From Bugula neritina (lineage: Eukaryota > Animalia > Bryozoa): a stretch of 64,000 nt of DNA. Positions 26,864-38,894 of the stretch are shown here, piece after piece. Where the stretch lies: positions 15,070,998 through 15,134,997 of the forward strand of contig OZ037767.1 of assembly GCA_964035545.1 (NCBI GenBank). The letters run 5' to 3'. A program made the position numbers and the translations under genes. The first letter of the stretch is position 1; each line of letters opens with the position of its first letter. Under the pieces are notes generated by a model. That model was not told where the DNA came from, searched no databases, and worked only from the letters and a program-made list of their open reading frames with translations.

Positions 26864-27185
26864 GTATATAGTTTTACTCAATAAATTATATATATACACA
26901 TTTTAATTTTCATTAGTTGGATAAATTAGATAAATGTTGGATCACTTTCTCTACAATAGTGTCTACTTCAGCCATAGCCCCATAGCCTACTTCTCCACAG
27001 GCTAGTTTCTTTGAACAGGTGGGTATATAGTTTTACTCAATAAATTATATATATACACATTTTAATTTTCATTAGTTGGATAAATTAGATAAATGTTGGA
27101 TCACTTTCTCTACAATAGTGTCTACTTCAGCCATAGCCCCATAGCCTACTTCTCCACAGGCTAGTTTCTTTGAACAGGTGGGTAT
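26864..27185. repeat. 159-bp tandem duplication of the PPCDC 3' end
   Basis: 26864-27022 repeats at 27023-27181, with GTAT microhomology at the junction. Confidence 0.95.
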
Positions 27186-27951
27186 CTCTATGTGGCCCCA
27201 ACTAATGAGGGTATTTATCTGTGGCCGAGTTATTGGATGCTGTAGCATGAGAGTGTTCATAGCTGGCGCAAATAGTAGAGGTTTCTTAGGATCCCAGGCT
27301 CTCACCACACAAGTCTGTAAGACAACTCCAATAAGTTTTGACACTATCATATCATAGCTCCTACTTAGTAATTTAATAGAGAACATATTTTTACAGTTAT
27401 TTACCAGTAAATTGTCGCACAATCCGTTGGATATCTTTGCTAGGGAATTTGCACTCAAAGGAGCTATAACAAAGATGTCTGCCCATTTTCTAAGCTCTAT
27501 ATGTAGTACATCATCTCCCATTTTCGTCCATGTCTAAAGCAGAAACCATTTGCAAGCTGTTCAACTATGTTTCTATTTAAATATTTTATACAATATGTAG
27601 TTCTGGTGTATATGAAGTGTGGGTGTATATGTAATACAGGGTGAATAAGTTTGTAGTGTGGTTGTATATATGTAGTGTAGGTGAATAGACAGTGCAGGTG
27701 GAATATATATTATAGTTTGAGCATACAAACTGTAAAGGCAGCTGTTTTCTACTCACTTTATATTCATCAGCATCTGTGTAGTACTGCAGCACGTCAGTAG
27801 AATCTTCAAATTGTGTGAAATGTTGAGCGTGCTCAGTTAGAATCACCTTTATCACCGCATCAGGAACTCTGCTTTGCAAAGCAGCTAAAAGAGGTTTGAG
27901 TTTGACTGTAGCTACACTTCCGCAACAACCTATCAGTATTTTAGGAGCCAT
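27072..27951 (-). CDS. PPCDC: Phosphopantothenoylcysteine decarboxylase (CoaC/HAL3 flavoprotein), 3 coding exons
   Basis: Exons 27951-27757, 27533-27405 and 27314-27072. Motifs GSVA, catalytic His in VLHIELRKWAD, APLSANSLAK, CDNLLTC, PAMN and KKLACG. Confidence 0.95.
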
Positions 27952-30900
27952 TCAACTAAAGCTAGCCTGGTTCTAAAAAATTGAATAAATTTAGCAAAAT
28001 ATTTTTTTCAAAAAATGTAGTTTAATTTTGCTGCATTACTGAAACATCAACCACGAATAATGTGATGCTTATATATATTATGTTTCGATGTCCAAATAAA
28101 TGTTATGCAGTAAAAATAGTATGTGCATCAGTCATAGCAAGATAAATTAGAAAAGTTAGCTAATCCCATTCACTAGTATCCATTGTTTGCAACTAATTCC
28201 GCATAAGTTAGAAGTAATATGTAATAATAAGCAAACTTGAGTGGTATGCTTATAAAAGCAATTTTATCAAATATGAATGCTTTTATTTTGATGATGATCA
28301 AGATAGTTTAAATTTCTATCAAAAATTATAAATAGAATTTAAATTTAAACAGTAAAGAACAAATAGAGTAAATTAAAGAAACTATTCAAAACAGCTTCAA
28401 AATCAATAATTACTCACAGTCAATCAATTCATTCAAATAATAATCATAATGTAATTATAAGTTCGGCTTTACTAAAAACTATACTAACTTAGTAAGAGTT
28501 CAGCTGTAAAATTATGTCTACATAAAACATTAAATCTAGCCTAAGTAGCTTCATTTTTTAAATTCAGCTGTCAATAAAAGTTACTCAAGAAACTTGAATA
28601 AATTAAAATTGATAAAAGTAAAACTAAAACATCGGTACCCAATTTCATTATTATTACTGATTATGTCTTCCGACACCACTGCATTGTGATTAGGTGTTGA
28701 AGTGAAAATTTCACTTTTAGGCTTTTTGTTGGGTTTTTCTCGTCTTCGGTTATAAACTTGGTCGCAATAACAATATTATGAATAACTAAACTAAAATAAC
28801 TATTGACGTTCAACATAGCGGAAACAATTAAGCGGAAACAATTAAAAAGAAATTATAAGTGGTTACGGTTAGCGATTATGCGTTGTAAACTGTTGTTTCA
28901 TTGGCTGTATTAACAATAGTAATAAACAATTGTATAAGAAGATAACCCTGTCCAAGCCATTAAATCGAATCTTTAGAAAATAATGAACAGCAATAATTAA
29001 TAATAACCGATGAAAGGTACCGTTCCAAAATTTCACATTGGTCAACTAATAAACTGTAAATTTTAAGCTGATCAACAATATTTCCACCAGCAACGCTTGA
29101 TACTCAATATTCATGAAGACTTTTAAACTTCTTTTCACTTGGCATATAATTAAAAGGTTAGACAATATTATATTACATTACATATATTACAATATTATAT
29201 TACATTTCCATAGTAAGTGCCACAAAAAATTTTCTTGTGATTAATAAACCAAAAACTACAAAAGTCATATCAACATTTTAGAGACTGCATGGTATGCTGT
29301 TAAATCCTGTGATATATCTCTTTTGAAACATTACTGCATTTGTAGAAAGCATTACTATGGTGCTATGCAGTAATATTTATGTACATAATTCTATTTTCTC
29401 CTCTAACATGTCTAGCTGTTTATTTTTTATTAAAGACCTTTTAACTCTGCATGCACTTAAAAAAGATTGAACCTTCATATATTATGTTTTACTGTGTATG
29501 ACATAGTTTTGTTACAGTATATATTTTCCTAGAATGTTGTTTAGAGACATAAAAAAACTGCCTATGCACAACATACTTTGCATCTGTTTAGTATCTCGTA
29601 ATTAGACATAAAAAAATCAAAGCCAATTATAAGGCAAAAGACCATAATACTGTACTATCATTGGATAGTTCTTCATCAATAAACAGGTAGTCGCCAGTGG
29701 TGGATATGAACCCCTCCTAGATGTTTCTCGTACTTCTTCCTCAAAAAACATTTTCATTAAGCCAAAAAGAAATAACAATACACCTTTTTAGTTGACACTT
29801 TTTAATTTCTGACTGATATTTTACCTTATTTCCAATTATAATTAACTTTTAACCGGCACTTTTCTTTGTAGTAATTCCTACCCTTTAGACTGTGTACTTT
29901 GAAATGAGTCTGTTTTACTCGTTACATAAAGTATAGTTGCACTGGCTACAGGTTGACACAAAAGCAAGCCTATCTTGATAAAATCATGCGCAAATTTAGA
30001 AACTACCGAGGAGTTTGTTCCTCATAATTGGGAATTGACAAATTATTTTTAATCCGTTTGAAAGCATCTGGTTAGGGAAGCATATGCCGTGTTCAATTTG
30101 TTATTCTAGCATTAACAATAACAGAATGCAATAATTATAAGTTTATGAAAGTAATTTGTTTTCTTTCTAATTACAAATATAATATTTTAGTATATATTGT
30201 AAATTTATAAGGCTTGCATTAGGAATAACGCAGCTAAAACATCATTTTCCTTAAAGTCTTAAAAATATATAAGTATAACATAATACACTATGCCAATAAA
30301 CTTATTAAAGTACCAAACAAGCTTAGCTAGTTTAAGAAAAATTACACTAGGTAAATTCCCATTATTTAGGCCTATAGAATGCTTGCTGATATTAGCTTTT
30401 GATGTAATTAAAGTAAATTATTATTTATCTTTTTAGCTAAGGATTTCTTGCCGTAAGTTTTGCTTTTATGCATGGAGAAATGTCGTAACAAACGAGTTAA
30501 ATTTTTATAGCACATAAAAATGTAATCTATAAGTCGAAGGTATTTAAACTTAGCCATTAACTCATTTTAATTAGCAATGTAGCCTAAATCTAATACAATA
30601 CAAAATATATACCAGTATATATAATATATTTTTACCATGCTGTTAATTACAGTATTTGTAAAACAAATTTTATGCTCATTAATTAAATGCAACAAATATT
30701 TATAAAATACTAATAATGTTGAATAAATAAATTTAATAATTCCTTTTCTATTTAAATGGCTGCATAATTTCTTGCAAGGTTGTATAAAGGAGTTGTGGCC
30801 TACAACTTATTATGTGTTCAATTGCCACATATGTCTTAGGAAGAAGAAAACTCCCCAAATATTCTTGGTTTGAAAATTCTAGTATAATTAAAATCACTTA

Positions 30901-33900
30901 ATATATGTCTTTGAAATGCATTTTGCCACTCTGCAAAATTGCAGGAACAAATATTGCATGAAGTAATAAATGATTTATGAAGTAATTAACAAACCAATGT
31001 AAAAACTGTTGTTGTATATAGAACACAACATATTGATTTTCTTCAATTTCCACATCAAATCTATATATTCAATTATATCTAACCAATGCTAATAAACTAA
31101 ACATGCATGCATACAAATATTTGCATCATATGCGAGTAATATTAGCTAATTAGCAACTATAGCATTTTTTTCATTATCTTTATTGCTTGCATATGTCTAA
31201 GTATTATTAAAATAAGGTTTTTATTTGCAACTTTGCACCACAAATTACATAAAATCTAAAAACTTGAGTTGTGACATGCATTAGGGCTACCTATACACAA
31301 ATAGACCTTCATAAAACTCTCAATGATTTTATTCAACTAATGTATGCAAAAGTTTTGCATTAAAACAATTCTTCTAAATCACCCTAGAGCAGGAAATTAT
31401 TACAAAAACAGCTTCTCATATATAATCTTTCTCCAGATTAATTTTTTTTCCTGTATTTAAACTAACTTAGCAAGTGAAGATTGTGATATCACTCAGGTAA
31501 TCACATATATATTATTCATAGCTGCAATACTTTAGCAATGAATAGATCATGTTTAATTTCCACTCTACCTAGCAGTTTTTCAGAATTATAGAGCTATGTA
31601 TATCGTGAAATTGGAATAGCCTAATAGTTTTACATGTGTTTATAGCTAGACAAATTAACTTAAAAAGCTTACAATAATTAGATGATATTTGCATTCTTTT
31701 GAAGGTTATGGTGAAGCTACTGCAAAACTGGCCATTAGTTTAGCATAATATGCAATGCCAGGCAAAAGCATGCCAAACAAGCAATGTTTATTTACCTTAC
31801 CAGTGCAATTTTATCACCTTAAACACAAAAGCAAGTATAAAATACACATCCATATTAGATTAACTGTCAAGTTAAAAAAAGACAACATATATTCATGAGC
31901 TGGTTCTGTTTGCACAAGTACAATTTAGACCAGCTTATTATTTAGATTGCCACAAAAATATGACGTAAAATATGTCTTTAATCATTATTTTGATATTCAC
32001 TGGTTGAAGATATTTTTTATATCCTAATATGTAAATATTGTACATAAATCTTAAAAATTAACTAGGTGAATAAGGAAAACTGCTAATTTTATGAAACTGT
32101 TATGTTAATAAAGACAATGGCTATCAACAAATCCCACCAGACCACAAACTAATTGTAAATACTAAAGCAATTATATAGTGCTATGTGTTGATCTAGCCTA
32201 GTCAATACACCACAAATATGTATTATGACATACCACATTTTAAGTACTGGGTTACCATTTATTCTAATGGGTATTTGTTTAAACTGTTATATACAGCTTT
32301 TTGCACTACCAATATACAAGCCAGTTGTTATTCTGTCACTTTTTATCTACATCTCTTTTTAATGCCAGTTACCTGTTAGCTTCAGTACAAACAGCTAAAC
32401 ATTCTACTCTACAGCCAATCTTACTGTTAACTCTTGTTTAACAATATTACAAGAATCTAAAAATTTGAGTGTGTTTTAAGTATAATATTCTATCATTATA
32501 ACTTTTAAATGAAACAATAATATGATAAATGCATTATAACTTTCTGAAAAGTTTTTTTGCAAAGTATATGTTTTTGGAAAATAGTTTTACAACATTTGCT
32601 AGGAGCATTATATTTATTCCTATCTAAAATAATTTTGTTTGAACTGCTATGTTTGTAATCATGTAATCAGAAGTAAAGCATCAGTAAAATGAGTATAAGT
32701 AGAAGCTTGACAGCTACATTAGGCATTGCTACATAGTACATAAATATATGGCCGTATTAAATACTTAGCTGCATTCACAGATAAATGCATGGCTTGGAAT
32801 TACAATACCATGAATACATTATTTATTTAGCTGGGTAACTATACAATTATGCCAAAGTGAAAAGCTTTTGGTTATTAATGCCTGAAATGTCTAACAATCT
32901 ACTTGGGAGACCACCTTGTTGTTACAGAGTGAATGAGTTATTTGTTTGGCATTTGGATGATGGCACAAAGAAAGGCTATTTGGTTTGTTACTTGAGACTA
33001 GTAGCAAACTGCTACAGTCATAGCATCTTAGAAGATTTTGCATCACTTGCTAGAATTGTACATTATTTTAATGTAGCTATTGAAATTAATATCGCACTGA
33101 AAACACAGTATTGCAAAATCTTAAGCTGTACATAATTATATTATGCATCAAAAAGTACTTCTGCTATTCGACTATCCCAGGTTTATTTTAAACTAGCACT
33201 GCCAAAGTGCCTTGACTCTATTACAGTGTTTACTAGCTAATTTTGTTCTTCTCAATAGTGAAATAGATCTATTGCAAGAAATTAATGACTAGATATAACA
33301 ATAATGATTTTTAGGCAAGACTTTCGCATCTATATTGCTCATCTGCTAGCTTGAAATACCCCTCTCCTTGGACTAATCTCAGGCTTTTCATTGTTGTTTA
33401 AACAGTTTTTAAACTCCTATTTCAATAAATCATTACCAACACTGCCTGCATGTATTAATATTCATTAGTGCCATCAATGCACTGTGGAGACAGCACCTGA
33501 TGTTCTGTATATTACATTATAGTACAGAGATACTAAATCCAAAACATCTAAAATAATTGATGCTTCTACCAGATTTTTAGCACACCTATAATATGTATTC
33601 CTGTAGTAAATATTAATAAGATGTTTTAACTGATAGTTTTTATGCCATTATAATAGTTTGATACTATAACTACAACTTGAAACTCTTTAACCAGCACATT
33701 GGTTAGTAATATTGCTTCTTGATATTTAATTGCTGGTTCACAAACTATCAATAATAGGGATGCATATCAAAACTTGACTGCATTCATAATATGATTTTAA
33801 TGCTAGGTAATGACTAAGCATGTCTGGCTGATATGAGGTGACTATTTTGTACACTGTTTAACAACATCAGCTTTTTGGGTTCATTTAAAGCATCTGCAAA

Positions 33901-34580
33901 TCTGTATTATACATAATTACTGTTAGGGCCAATTAATTAAATTGTTAACCCTGAAATGCTTTTTACACTGTAATACTAAGTAGTAAAATATATGTATATA
34001 TATATAAACTGATTGTAATTTATACATAAAATTGTACATTTAAAAAAAATCACAAAATACATAATTTATTAGCTAAATTTCAAGGCGTTTTGTAGGTAGT
34101 GGGTTAATGTCAATAGAGTAGAATCCGGGAAGTTGAGTAGCTTTATTCAAGAGGAAGGCTCTCCGACAGTTCTACCAAAGCCTAAATAACATGTATAAAA
34201 TAAAGGTTATATGCACAATTTTTTTTCCAAAACAGCCTGCAACTGTTTTGCTATTGCATATGCCCTATGCCATTCATCAAGTAGAACAATTTTAACCAGG
34301 ATATCTAGAAAAGTTGACACAAGGGCTTTATAAACTATGTAACAGTAAAACTGTGAGTAGAAATTAATTGGCACTAATGAATAATGCTTTAGGTGCTGGC
34401 AACAACCATAAAAGAAAATTTATATAACAAACAAATAGAAAAAGCACTAAACAAATCAACAGCATTATATACAATTGGGGCACATACATGAAAACAGCAG
34501 CTAGTGTCATTTTCTTAAGACAGCACTATTTTAGGTATAAATTTAAGAAGTATTAGAAAATGCAGAAATTTACTGCAATT

Positions 34581-34977
34581 GGTTCATTTTATTTAAGTTA
34601 GTACATACTGAAGATCTCAAGTTTTTGCTAATGAACATGAGTTTTGGCCCGAAACTAAAAAAATATCAATAAATACACCTAAATAATCAAGGCTCTTTTT
34701 AATTTTCTTTGATTTCCTATGCTTTTTTTCTAATTACAGCAACTTCTGACTGGGGATCGCCACGGTTAGTTTGTAACAGTAGGCAATCCAAATGAAATGA
34801 ATAAATAGGAAAAAACATGAGAAATCATGCAAAATTAAGAAGAACCTTGATTATTTAGGTGTATTTCTTGATGTCTCACTAATTTTAAGCAAAAAGCATT
34901 GTTCATTAGCAGCTAAAATGTAAAAATGGCTAAAAACTGCAGATTTCCAGTGTGTACTAAATTAAATAAAATGACTC
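34581..34977. mobile_element. Foldback-type MITE, family copy 2
   Basis: Shares ATTAGCAGCTAAA, GCTAAAAACTG, GTGTGTACTAAATTAA and AGAACCTTGATTATTT with 22036-22468; inverted arms. Confidence 0.75.
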
Positions 34978-36930
34978 AATCACCTTTGCAACATAATTCA
35001 ATAATTGCATGGTCAAGCAGAATAAACTACAATTAACAGCAACAACAGTGTAATAGTTGCGTAGAAAAGTTGTACTGCAAAAAACTAAAAGAATGCAAAA
35101 TCTATAAATGTGTGCTACCAAGTAAATGCTGAACAGACATCATGAAATAGTGTACGAAATACAAACTATTAAACTTACCTGTTGATCTAATGCAGCCAAA
35201 ACCTTAAGCTTAGAGTAGTGGAATGGTGCTGTTCGATGTTGATATGCTACAAGTAGCTAAGATGACTCAAATTCTTGCCTTTAGGAGTAAGAGGCCTCAG
35301 CTCAGTTTCAACAAAACTTCCAATAATCTCAACGGATGCGCTCAATTAGGAGCCACAACAAAGCACACCCATGTCATTTTAGTAAACTCTAAAAAATGAA
35401 CGAAAATAAAACTGTTAGAGAGTAAACAGAGAAACATATAGTGATGGGGGAAAAACCTGTCAGCAAAGGTTAGATACACTCATAGCCATAACACGAAGAA
35501 AAAGATAATGAATAACAACCTATTCAAGATGACACAAGAAACCAAACAAATTTCTTTGACTAAAAATATAATTAAATACTATATTACTTGGCAAAAAATA
35601 TTTGTTTTGAACAACGTATTATTGGGAAGAATTGCCAGTGTCTTAAATTTTGAGATTAAAATTTCTGCCTTATAGCGGAAATAGAGAGGCAATCAATAGT
35701 GTACAAAACGTGTTTTCAGTCATTGGCTGTTGACTAAATTGACAAAGTTAAAGAAAGCTTCCATATCATTATTTATTTTGTTCTCAAGTGTGTGGTTACA
35801 GTTTCATGAGTCAGAAATATAATTATTTGAGATATGAAATCAAATGTAGTCAAAAGAGTGTCCTACAATTTAAAATGTAGTAATAGAGCTTTGACAATAA
35901 TTTCTTCTGCTAAGTAAAACAGGTACCATTATGTGCTACTTATCTTTTAGAGATGAACATCAAGGATGTTGAAAACAAAATAGTTGTAAATTACAGCAAA
36001 TACCTTTCTACTTACCTAACCAGAGAAAATAAGTTTTCAACCTTGCATGCACTCAGCTGGTTTTCAATGTTTGGATCAGTGACATCTTTATAACTGATAG
36101 CAGCATTATGTGATAGCTTTAGGAATTGTTACCTTAAATCTAAATTATATAAAACAAGAAGTGCAAAAATATGGCATTAGTACTCATTGCACAATACAAA
36201 CTTGCTAGAGTAGCTAATCTAGCATCACATTAATTTAAGAAAGACAAAATTTTATTACTGTTCACAAATGATGAATATTAAAATTTGAATAATTAGACAA
36301 ATTAACAATGATATTGATGCTACTTCAAACATTACCAATGGTAAACACCAAAATACTAATAGGAATAGTCATGTTAACATCAATTAGAAAAGTAAAGATA
36401 ATTTGAAAATGAGACAGTTTATAGGTCTAACTCTTATAGTTGACAAGCAATTACAGGGCAGTCATATTGATGTAGGCTACCCTCAAAATGTAGCACTTTA
36501 AAAATATTAAAAAGACAGCACATATAAGAACATAATCTTAAAAATAGGCATATGTGACACCTATATTTTGATTAACAAAGAAATCTTCTTTACTTTATTA
36601 ATATAGCTCATATAATGGTATTCTGTCTTAGTATGTTATTTTAATACTTGAAATCTAATCAGCTACAGAAAAGTACTTCAATTCAAAGGCCTTCATAATT
36701 ATTCTTTAGTTTGCTATTTAAATAGACAGTAAGGTTGATGAATAAAATAAAAGTTAGTAAAGTAAAAACTAAATAAATTGAGAATAATATCTCCACTCTA
36801 AGGTTATAATCCTTATAAATTAACATTTTAATACTCCTGTTATCCTTAGGTATAGTTGTTAGCAATTTAACTATGAGCTCGAAGCCAAATGTCAGTATCA
36901 GCATCCCCATTACATTGACTAAGACTGACT

Positions 36931-37039
36931 AGTAGTAGTAGGTGGATGGTCCTAGGACAACCCTTCCCCCGTCGAGTCTTTGACTCTCCGGTGTCAGGGA
37001 TTGTCCTAGGACGCATCCACCTACTACTACTCTATTAGT
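36931..37039 (+). repeat. Left TIR (109 bp, self-complementary)
   Basis: Exact reverse complement of 51317-51425; begins (AGT)3. Confidence 0.98.
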
Positions 37040-37220
37040 TTTTTTTATTAAGTTTTAGAAATTGTGCATTTTAGGACAGTTTATTATTTTATTGTCCTAG
37101 AATTGTACATTTTTTAGGGTAAACATTAACTTTTATTTTAAAATGTATTTACTCGTTACTATTAGTAATAGAAATAAATTATTATATTCTTAACGTATAA
37201 TAATTTATTATTAATAGCAT

Positions 37221-38117
37221 TTAAACGTTATAACTTGAAAATACTGGTAAAGATTCACTAGATTCTACTATATCTCCATCACTCGTTGATAATATTAATT
37301 TATTACCCGTTGCGTCTTGTAATTTAGGAATAGCGTGATTATTTATATTATTTATTGTAATAATATCGGTAATATTTATATTGGTTTCTACAATATTACC
37401 ATCACTCGAAAGCATTAATAATTTACCTCCGATTGACGGTTGTATTTTATTCATAGCAAAATTATTTATATTACTAGTTGTAACGACATCGCTAACGCTT
37501 AAGCTACTTTCCGCAATATTACCCGAAGTAGTTGAAACGGTTAATTTTTCATTCGCGGGTTGTATTTTATTTATAGCGAAATTATTTATATTACTAGTCG
37601 TAACAACATCGCTAACGCTTAAGCTACTATCTACAATATTACCCGTATTAGTTGATACGGTTAATTTTTCAGTTGGGTCTCGTATAAGAGGTACGGCGTA
37701 ATTAGATACATTAGTTTTTGTAACGACATCATCAACTTTTAAATTACTATCTATAACGCGTCCATCATCAGTTGATATAGTTAATTGGTTAATAGGGTTT
37801 TGTATAAGAGGTACGGCGTAATTAGATACATTAGTTTTTGTAACGACATCATCAACTTTTAAATTACTATCTATAACGCGTCCATCATCAGTTGATATAG
37901 TTAACTGATTAATAGGGTTTTGTATTTTAGGCATACTCGTATCATCAACGTATTTTTTTGTAGCCGCGTCTTGATCGTCAGCCGGATCAATGACTCTAGA
38001 TATTTTATTTTCCCCCATATCTAGCGTACCCGTAAGAGTACTACTACCGTTTATTAAAACGAATTTTTTCGTATTTATTTCCGTTTTTCCACTTCCTCCG
38101 AATTTATAAACACTCAT
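37221..38117 (-). CDS. Putative fibre/spike protein with six ~40-aa repeats
   Basis: LDMGENKISRVIDPADDQDAATKKYVD resembles a tail-fibre/YadA-stalk neck motif. It is followed by six 40-aa beta-rich repeats (120-bp period). Confidence 0.7.
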   Translation of the reverse strand: MSVYKFGGSGKTEINTKKFVLINGSSTLTGTLDMGENKISRVIDPADDQDAATKKYVDDTSMPKIQNPINQLTISTDDGRVIDSNLKVDDVVTKTNVSNYAVPLIQNPINQLTISTDDGRVIDSNLKVDDVVTKTNVSNYAVPLIRDPTEKLTVSTNTGNIVDSSLSVSDVVTTSNINNFAINKIQPANEKLTVSTTSGNIAESSLSVSDVVTTSNINNFAMNKIQPSIGGKLLMLSSDGNIVETNINITDIITINNINNHAIPKLQDATGNKLILSTSDGDIVESSESLPVFSSYNV

Positions 38118-38120
38118 TTA

Positions 38121-38879
38121 TTACGGTATATAAAATTCGTCTAACCCGTGTCTATACCTACCATTATTTTTTGAGGAAGAAAGATCTAAAGTAATAAAGC
38201 CGTGAGGTTTTTGCCATCCTTTATAACAAAAGTTTTTAAATTCGTTTAACGTTAAATCTCCGTTTACGTGATCTTGATATATATGATTTAAATTTTTTCC
38301 ATCTTGAGGAAATAAGCAAATAAAATTAGCGTTTTCTCGAATAGTGTTTCTAGGCAGCTTAAAATAATTTTGCGACAAATAAAAGCAATCGACATTATTG
38401 TGTCGTCCTCTTACGTAATAACTTTCACAAGTTTTTTGTTTTTCCAACATTAAATCATCGAATATTATTAAATTTTTATTATTAGCGTCTAATTTGCTAG
38501 GGTCATAAACGTCGTCACTAGATTCAATAAATTCGGCGTCTATATTACCGTTACCCTTACTATTTTTTAAAACACGAGTTACATTTATACCCGAATTTAT
38601 TATCGCGTCACTATTTTTAAAAAAATTTAAAATTTCTTCTTTAGTTAATTTACGTTCAAAAGCCTTCCTCATATTTATATATTCGGGTTGAGAAAGGCTT
38701 TTACCGTAAATCATAAGTTTATCGTAATCGAGCCAATTAGGTTGTAATAATAAATTACAAAGTAAAGTAGTTTTACCGCATCCAGATTTTCCAACGATAA
38801 GACCTCTTATGCTTTTAGGAAGTAAAGGATTATTATTACGATTAATTTCGTTTTTCCACGAAAGATTTTCTATTTCCAT
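38121..38879 (-). CDS. A32/FtsK-like DNA packaging ATPase
   Basis: Walker A GKSGCGKT, Walker B LIIFDD, RGRH motif, LSQ and IRENA. Confidence 0.95.
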   Translation of the reverse strand: MEIENLSWKNEINRNNNPLLPKSIRGLIVGKSGCGKTTLLCNLLLQPNWLDYDKLMIYGKSLSQPEYINMRKAFERKLTKEEILNFFKNSDAIINSGINVTRVLKNSKGNGNIDAEFIESSDDVYDPSKLDANNKNLIIFDDLMLEKQKTCESYYVRGRHNNVDCFYLSQNYFKLPRNTIRENANFICLFPQDGKNLNHIYQDHVNGDLTLNEFKNFCYKGWQKPHGFITLDLSSSKNNGRYRHGLDEFYIP

Positions 38880-38894
38880 TTATTATAATAAATG
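38877..38894. promoter_or_regulatory. Palindromic bidirectional initiator CATTTATTATAATAAATG
   Basis: A perfect 18-bp palindrome whose ends are the start codons of the divergent ATPase and PLA2-integrase ORFs. Function is inferred. Confidence 0.65.

Noticed and set aside
28000-34500. Protein-coding genes in the long AT-rich interval (e.g. ORF 32857-33135)
   Set aside because: No recognisable motifs or consistent exon chain.
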